Positions 58,806 through 64,000 of a stretch of DNA of 64,000 nucleotides are shown in pieces. Source of the stretch: a virus; IMG/VR virus record IMGVR_UViG_3300045988_051359. One strand, 5' to 3'. The number at the start of each line of letters is the position of its first letter. Within the stretch, counting starts at the first letter, position 1. Below the pieces are notes generated by a model, which saw only the letters and a program-made list of their open reading frames with translations, searched no databases and had not been told where the DNA came from. The position numbers and the translations under genes are program-made.

Positions 58806-58942
58806 ATAGTAGCATGATTATACTCTCATGCCAGGAGTGGGAAACAACCCAAAGCTTTCAGTATCCTCCTGTGCCACTGGCGTACCCATTTCAGACTTAA
58901 AAGCTTATTAATAAAATGAAAGATGAATATAGCCACAGAATG

Positions 58943-59179
58943 CTAACAGAAGAACTTCTTAAGTAACTCACGTTGCTCATTCATGAACTTCCGTCTAACA
59001 CTAGCACTATTAAAAGAAATAAAATGATAATCGAATCGAGATGTTATTGGAATTATATTGTTACCACATCTAGTGATGCAGTATTTATAAGTTCCATCCT
59101 CCCAGTCAGGTTTCCAACCTTCGTTGTACATATCAAGAGCAGTCATTACTGCATTGAATATTTCGGCATGTGACATCAA
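58943..59179 (-). CDS. hypothetical protein
   Basis: 78 aa. Confidence 0.4.
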   Translation of the reverse strand: MMSHAEIFNAVMTALDMYNEGWKPDWEDGTYKYCITRCGNNIIPITSRFDYHFISFNSASVRRKFMNEQRELLKKFFC

Positions 59180-59517
59180 AACGGGTATTGTACGTTAGAT
59201 TGTTTACGCATCCAGCTATATACTATAATCTCTGGTTTTATATCCTTAATAAGTTCAATGCAGGATTCATAAGACATTGAAGTGGTTATTACAGAAGGAT
59301 ACTTAGAAGTATATACCCATTCCTCAATAACTTGTTTCATATCTATATGCTCATCATAAGGCCATTTAAGCTCTGCTTCAATATTGTCTCTAATATGTTC
59401 TAGGGACACATAGAGCCTAATGCCGTACACCTTAGTAATAAGGAACTTAAGTAGTTCCTTGTTAAAATTGTCTACATCACATATAAGGATGTGAGAACCT
59501 TCTATAACTTTATGCAT
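59176..59517 (-). CDS. hypothetical protein
   Basis: 113 aa. Confidence 0.45.
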   Translation of the reverse strand: MHKVIEGSHILICDVDNFNKELLKFLITKVYGIRLYVSLEHIRDNIEAELKWPYDEHIDMKQVIEEWVYTSKYPSVITTSMSYESCIELIKDIKPEIIVYSWMRKQSNVQYPF

Positions 59518-59601
59518 AGTTAATAAATAAGAGAGGCAGAGTGTTTCACAACATGTCTGCCCTAGAATATTAAAATATTTACTTATGATAACTTATAAGA
59601 T

Positions 59602-60207
59602 TTATAATCCGTGTTTAGCCTTGAATAAAGTATCAAATACTTCTCTTAGTTCGGTTACCACTTCTGGAGCTTCAATGCCGAGTTCTTTCATCTTATTCTT
59701 AATGACGTCTTCACGGAAGTCCTTGGTCTTGTTCATCGCTTCTTCCAAAGTTTTATCAAACGTATCCGGATCTAATTTCTTTAAGAGTTTAAGTACATCA
59801 ATGCCTGATTTCTCAGTAGTATCATTCATTCCAAAATGTTCCTTATAAACATCTATACTTGTATTCAATCGGTCAAATGCCTTTACTAACATGGCAGCGT
59901 CTTCTTCAGTAATATCAAAACCGCCATTCTTGTCAGTAAGTTCAGGGCTTTGGATACAAGGAGGCTCACTCATTTCCAGACAGAATACAGGCTCGTTATC
60001 CTCTCTAAGGATATATACCGTATGTTTGGTATCTTTTGTGATACCTTCTCCAACTCCCCATGAAATACCTTCTTTGAACGATTCTATCTCATCAAGAGCT
60101 CTGGCCATATGAGATTTAATTTCTCCTATAACTTCCTCATAGTTGCGTTTAGGAGTTTCATCCACTTGAGGTCTTTCTGACGCTAAAATTTCTTCTAATG
60201 TTCTCAT
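59602..60207 (-). CDS. hypothetical protein
   Basis: 201 aa. Confidence 0.5.
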   Translation of the reverse strand: MRTLEEILASERPQVDETPKRNYEEVIGEIKSHMARALDEIESFKEGISWGVGEGITKDTKHTVYILREDNEPVFCLEMSEPPCIQSPELTDKNGGFDITEEDAAMLVKAFDRLNTSIDVYKEHFGMNDTTEKSGIDVLKLLKKLDPDTFDKTLEEAMNKTKDFREDVIKNKMKELGIEAPEVVTELREVFDTLFKAKHGL

Positions 60208-60697
60208 TTCTTGTTAAATTTATTAATTGATTTACTACCTGGCATGTACCAGATACCTACGGCTGTCACAATCATAATGGTTGCTGTGATTAATGTAAAA
60301 TCATCAGAAGCCATACATAACATAAATATAACACCTAATGCTAGTATTATATCTACGATAATATTATCCACCTTCATAATTATTAGTATTGATTAAAAGT
60401 GACACTCCACCGCCTGCCCTCGGTGAAGTGTTTCGTCGCAATTTCCAGCGACTCATCAGACTCTCTTTAGATGGAAAGAATGCTGATCAGATAGTTGTAA
60501 TTAGAGATATCTTGTCACAGGCTATCTCTACAGCTATCATGGGTTTGTGATGTACTTTGTGAGTAACATCAATTAAAGCATTCTCTACGTGTTTTAACTG
60601 GTCTCTATTACTACCAAGACCCAATAGAACTGCGTCGTCCTTAAATGAAATGGATTGGTGATTCACGTTAACCACCTGTCCATCATTAAATTGTATT

Positions 60698-61039
60698 CTA
60701 GATAACATCGCCAATCAGTTTAAACAGTCCTTTCCAGAAATATCTAGGAAAGTCACCAGTAAATTTTACATATGTAGCTTTATCATCAGACTTATAGCAG
60801 ATTTTGACTCTATGGTGATCAATGAATGCGTAGTGAGCAGAACCGTCAGCTAATTCAAACATAGCTTTGCCGAATTGGGCCATATTGACAGGTCTCCACT
60901 CACTGCTGGTCTCCTTATTATAAGAATTGAGAACTGCGTCAGCTGTAGCATCAGTAGGAATACCAGTTCGCATATCAATGACAACACCGTTATGTTTAGC
61001 TACTATGTAATTACCTTTAAAGTTAAAGTACAATTTCAT
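60698..61039 (-). CDS. hypothetical protein
   Basis: 113 aa. Confidence 0.45.
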   Translation of the reverse strand: MKLYFNFKGNYIVAKHNGVVIDMRTGIPTDATADAVLNSYNKETSSEWRPVNMAQFGKAMFELADGSAHYAFIDHHRVKICYKSDDKATYVKFTGDFPRYFWKGLFKLIGDVI

Positions 61040-61043
61040 AGTT

Positions 61044-61697
61044 TTATTTGGTTACATGAACATCACATGAAGGATATCCGTGAGATTCTAAGACTTCAAT
61101 AATATCACCAGATGTAAGTTCCTCGTCATACAGATTTGGAACATACTCAAACAGTCTAGCATGTATATCATCCTCGTCTCTGATGTTGTCTATAATAGCC
61201 TCACGAATGTTCTTAGTAAGTATTTCCTTAAATTCTTGCATCAGTTGCCCTTTAGTACCGTAACGAGTAGTACCTATAAAAGTGTTGCAAGTATAAGAGA
61301 ATACATTAAAATTATCAATAAGTTCTCTGAGAGCGTGACGCATCTTATTTGTTGCCTTAGTCCTTAATGAGGCTACTAATTCAGATTCCTCTGGAGACAA
61401 GTCAACCTCGATACGTCTATTACCTACATAAGCTTTAGTGTAATCCAAACTGAACTCCACTATAAGCCTTCTGCCATTCCTTGCAACTCCTACTAAGCTG
61501 AGACAGTCGGTTATTCTATTACAGCCAATTTCAACCTTATCAAAATGAGCGTTCTCTGGCACCTTTGCATCTGTAAGGTTCATAACAGCTAACTCTACCA
61601 TTTCCTCCAATATCTTTCTGGCTGCATCAGAGTCAGAAGATTTCTCAGCTTGTTCATTCTGCTGCAATAAAGCTTTGTATTTATCTACATCTATCAT
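61044..61697 (-). CDS. hypothetical protein
   Basis: 217 aa. Confidence 0.5.
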   Translation of the reverse strand: MIDVDKYKALLQQNEQAEKSSDSDAARKILEEMVELAVMNLTDAKVPENAHFDKVEIGCNRITDCLSLVGVARNGRRLIVEFSLDYTKAYVGNRRIEVDLSPEESELVASLRTKATNKMRHALRELIDNFNVFSYTCNTFIGTTRYGTKGQLMQEFKEILTKNIREAIIDNIRDEDDIHARLFEYVPNLYDEELTSGDIIEVLESHGYPSCDVHVTK

Positions 61698-61704
61698 AAT
61701 TATT

Positions 61705-62553
61705 TTACTTATATGTTATAGTATACGAAGTAACAGACATATTACAAGTATTTAATTTATCCACCTGAGTTCCAGTTCTTTTGATATAAACCTTATATGG
61801 ACCAGTTAGTAATATTTGACCTAAACACTTGGCTTTGAATGTATCTAATGGCATTGACTTATTATCAAACCATACAGTAGCATCCTTCATAAGTGAACCA
61901 GTCTCTAGGAACATGAGTTTATTTATATAATAATCCTCTTTAGCCTTCTTTATTTCCCATAGGTCTTCATTGGGATCAGTAATAAAGGTGTTTAGATTAC
62001 CGATTTCAGAGATTGGTATTTCTTTGACTACTACAATTCTTCTAGGGCTATTAGGATTAACTACTTCGAAGCGGATAGTACTGCCAAACGCCGTGGATAA
62101 GTCTACTAATGCCTTCTTAGTAAAGCCACTAAGTCCAGCTACTCTAAAGAGTTGATATCGTAAATCGAGGACATCTGTCTTCCATATGCCAGGTTTGTAG
62201 TCCTTACTAGCTGCTACTTCAATCATACCTAGCCACAGTAATCCTTTAGCTGCGAGGATTGCATTAGCTTGGGTTACATTAATAACAGCATAAAGCTTGT
62301 CATTAATAAATAATGCTCTCTGATTAGGTTGTAAGGGCTTTGAAGATCTCACTTCTATGCCATAATTATACTTTAAGAACAACTTACTTGCTATCCAAGA
62401 ATCCATTCTTGTTCTATCAGCTATTTCACAAAGAGCCTCTTTATATGCATCACAAAGGTCTTGCCATAAATCCTTGCGTTTTAATACAGTCTTAAGACAT
62501 TCTAAGTTCTCATTGAAACTATTCATAAATAAATTGGCAGTTAACCTACTCAC
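61705..62553 (-). CDS. hypothetical protein
   Basis: 282 aa. Confidence 0.5.
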   Translation of the reverse strand: MSRLTANLFMNSFNENLECLKTVLKRKDLWQDLCDAYKEALCEIADRTRMDSWIASKLFLKYNYGIEVRSSKPLQPNQRALFINDKLYAVINVTQANAILAAKGLLWLGMIEVAASKDYKPGIWKTDVLDLRYQLFRVAGLSGFTKKALVDLSTAFGSTIRFEVVNPNSPRRIVVVKEIPISEIGNLNTFITDPNEDLWEIKKAKEDYYINKLMFLETGSLMKDATVWFDNKSMPLDTFKAKCLGQILLTGPYKVYIKRTGTQVDKLNTCNMSVTSYTITYK

Positions 62554-62570
62554 TGCCAGGTTTTAGATAT

Positions 62571-63059
62571 TTATTCTTCTTCGTCCAAATCAGACATGTC
62601 ATACTCTTCCCAGTTCTGCTGTTCTAAGAACGGCATTGTCATGTCCATTCCAAATGATGTGTTAATTCCACCGAAAGAAGCAGGCATTCCACTAATACGC
62701 TCTTCAAAGAACCAGAACGTATCATCCACTTTAGCGGCATACATATATTTGCCAGTTTCATCATAATCATGAAATGACTTCTCTACGTGCTTTGGATAAT
62801 AAACTTTGATAGTGGGCTTAGTGTGCATTGCTTGTGCAACTGAAGATGATGGATATTGCAGTATAACTGCAACCTTACCATTTACTCTAGTAAGGTCTAC
62901 AATCATGCTTTTGAAGGGAGCAGTGTTAACTACAATACTATAGTTTGACTCCCCAACTTCATGCTTATCTGGGTCGAAATCCGTCTCAATGGAATAGAAC
63001 CATTCCATAACCTTCATTGCATAATTCTTGTGTTCGATGTTATATTTTTGCTTAGACAT
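62571..63059 (-). CDS. hypothetical protein
   Basis: 162 aa, acidic C-terminus. Confidence 0.5.
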   Translation of the reverse strand: MSKQKYNIEHKNYAMKVMEWFYSIETDFDPDKHEVGESNYSIVVNTAPFKSMIVDLTRVNGKVAVILQYPSSSVAQAMHTKPTIKVYYPKHVEKSFHDYDETGKYMYAAKVDDTFWFFEERISGMPASFGGINTSFGMDMTMPFLEQQNWEEYDMSDLDEEE

Positions 63060-63124
63060 ACTTTATTTAATGAGTTTACCTATACACTCACGAGGTTTTA
63101 GTGAAATATTTAATAATAGCTACC

Positions 63125-63430
63125 TCAGCCGTTAATTTTGATTAACATGTCATTGTCAGAAAGGATATCAAGTTGCACTTGTTCCTCAGCCGTCATGATA
63201 GATTCCGATTCCTTTGAGCTCCATGGTTCCAGATGACAAATCCAAGTAACCTTACCACTGTTGGAGATTGGTTGCTTGTAAAGCGATATCAGAGAATTAG
63301 GATGTTTCTCTGCATACGTTCTGCCAAATTTAACGGCATTGTGAGACTGAAGAGTAATTTTGAGTGGCGTTAATTTACCATTTACTAATTCAGTTACTAA
63401 GAAGAAATACTGTTTCATAATCTTGTACAA
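63125..63430 (-). CDS. hypothetical protein
   Basis: 101 aa. Confidence 0.45.
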   Translation of the reverse strand: MYKIMKQYFFLVTELVNGKLTPLKITLQSHNAVKFGRTYAEKHPNSLISLYKQPISNSGKVTWICHLEPWSSKESESIMTAEEQVQLDILSDNDMLIKING

Positions 63431-63750
63431 CTTACCTATACGTTGCGAGGTTCTAATTGTTAGTGACTAATTAGTTTCAGCTTACTTATAGCATCGCCAC
63501 GTAAAGGCTTAGTCATGATGCCGCTCCCATCACGGGAGAATGAATAATTTTAACTTACTGTATTTATTAATTTAAATTCAAACGTAAAATAGCATCTTCC
63601 TGTGCCACACTCCTTTGCCTTATCTCACGATAAGACATCTCTCCAGTATCAAGGTCATACTGTTTGGTATAAGAGATGCTCTGCATTAGTCTCCGGGCGT
63701 ACCCATTATGATGCTAAATAATATAAAAAGAAGATTTATCATAGAAGATG

Positions 63751-63854
63751 TGAACCAGAGTAGATTCGAACTACTGACCTTTCTCGGATGAGAACGCTCT
63801 ACCACAGCTGCCAAAGGCTTCGCCCTCGTTAACAACCAACTGAGCTACTGGTTC
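63751..63854 (-). tRNA. tRNA-like RNA with a ~33-nt insertion in the D-loop and a non-canonical anticodon arm
   Basis: Perfect acceptor GAACCAG/CTGGTTC, T-arm AGTAG-TTCGAAT-CTACT, D-stem GCTC...GAGC interrupted by 'TTGTTAACGAGGGCGAAGCCTTTGGCAGCTGTGG' (contains an AGGGC-GAA-GCCTT hairpin). Anticodon region TTCTC-ATCCG-GAGAA has a 5-nt loop. Confidence 0.45.
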
Positions 63855-64000
63855 TAACTCAAACTACATCTTAAACTCTATAAGTCGCAACTCACATTCA
63901 CAGGAATAGTTTGCTTACATTTTATAATAGAGAAACTGACACCTCAATGTCTTGGGAGTAATTTGAGTTTTAATTGCCTGTCTATTCCAGGCTGCCACAC

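Noticed and set aside
60211-60396. Plus-strand 61-aa ORF
   Set aside because: A 57-aa TM peptide on the minus strand (≈60207-60379, MKVDNIIVDIILALGVIFML…) fits the unidirectional organisation better. The plus-strand ORF is probably its antisense artefact.
1-64000. CRISPR arrays, integrase, transposase/IS elements
   Set aside because: No regularly spaced direct repeats of CRISPR type, no tyrosine or serine recombinase motifs, and no terminal inverted repeats with a transposase were seen.

Overview
This window is an AT-rich, densely packed block of a large dsDNA bacteriophage-like genome. Essentially every credible gene is on the minus strand; the plus-strand ORFs in the track lie inside minus-strand genes or tRNAs and look spurious.

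The first ~34 kb is a DNA replication and nucleotide metabolism module. It encodes an Rnl2-like RNA ligase, an ATP-dependent DNA ligase, dUTPase, a Dda/RecD-like helicase, anaerobic ribonucleotide reductase NrdD with its activase NrdG, a metallophosphoesterase, a HAD-type nucleotidase, a DnaG-like primase, an SSB-like protein, a DnaB-like helicase, an SF2 helicase, RNase H, and many small hypothetical proteins.

From ~30 kb to 57 kb the window becomes an accessory region dominated by about 30 minus-strand tRNA genes. These were found by reading the sequence by hand; nothing has been checked with tRNAscan or Infernal. Together they cover nearly all amino acids. The set includes an apparent CUA (amber-suppressor) anticodon, an AGG anticodon, several degenerate tRNA-like elements, a tRNA 3'-half duplicate, and a tRNA-like RNA with a 33-nt D-loop insertion. 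Six copies of a conserved hairpin repeat sit immediately 5' of tRNAs.

Interleaved with the tRNAs are:
- a short (349 aa) adenylosuccinate-synthetase (PurA/PurZ-family) homolog, flanked by an AAA+ ATPase and a vWA protein;
- an SPFH/flotillin-like protein with an NfeD-like partner;
- a PTH2-like peptidyl-tRNA hydrolase;
- a 572-aa vWA-containing protein that may be Ro60/TROVE-like;
- a ParB-like protein;
- two long ORF-free stretches that probably encode structured RNAs, one with a tmRNA-like topology.

No structural genes, terminase, integrase or CRISPR array were seen. Duplicated TAnnTTTG-type promoter elements and the anaerobic RNR suggest an anaerobic Bacteroidetes-type host, but this is inference.
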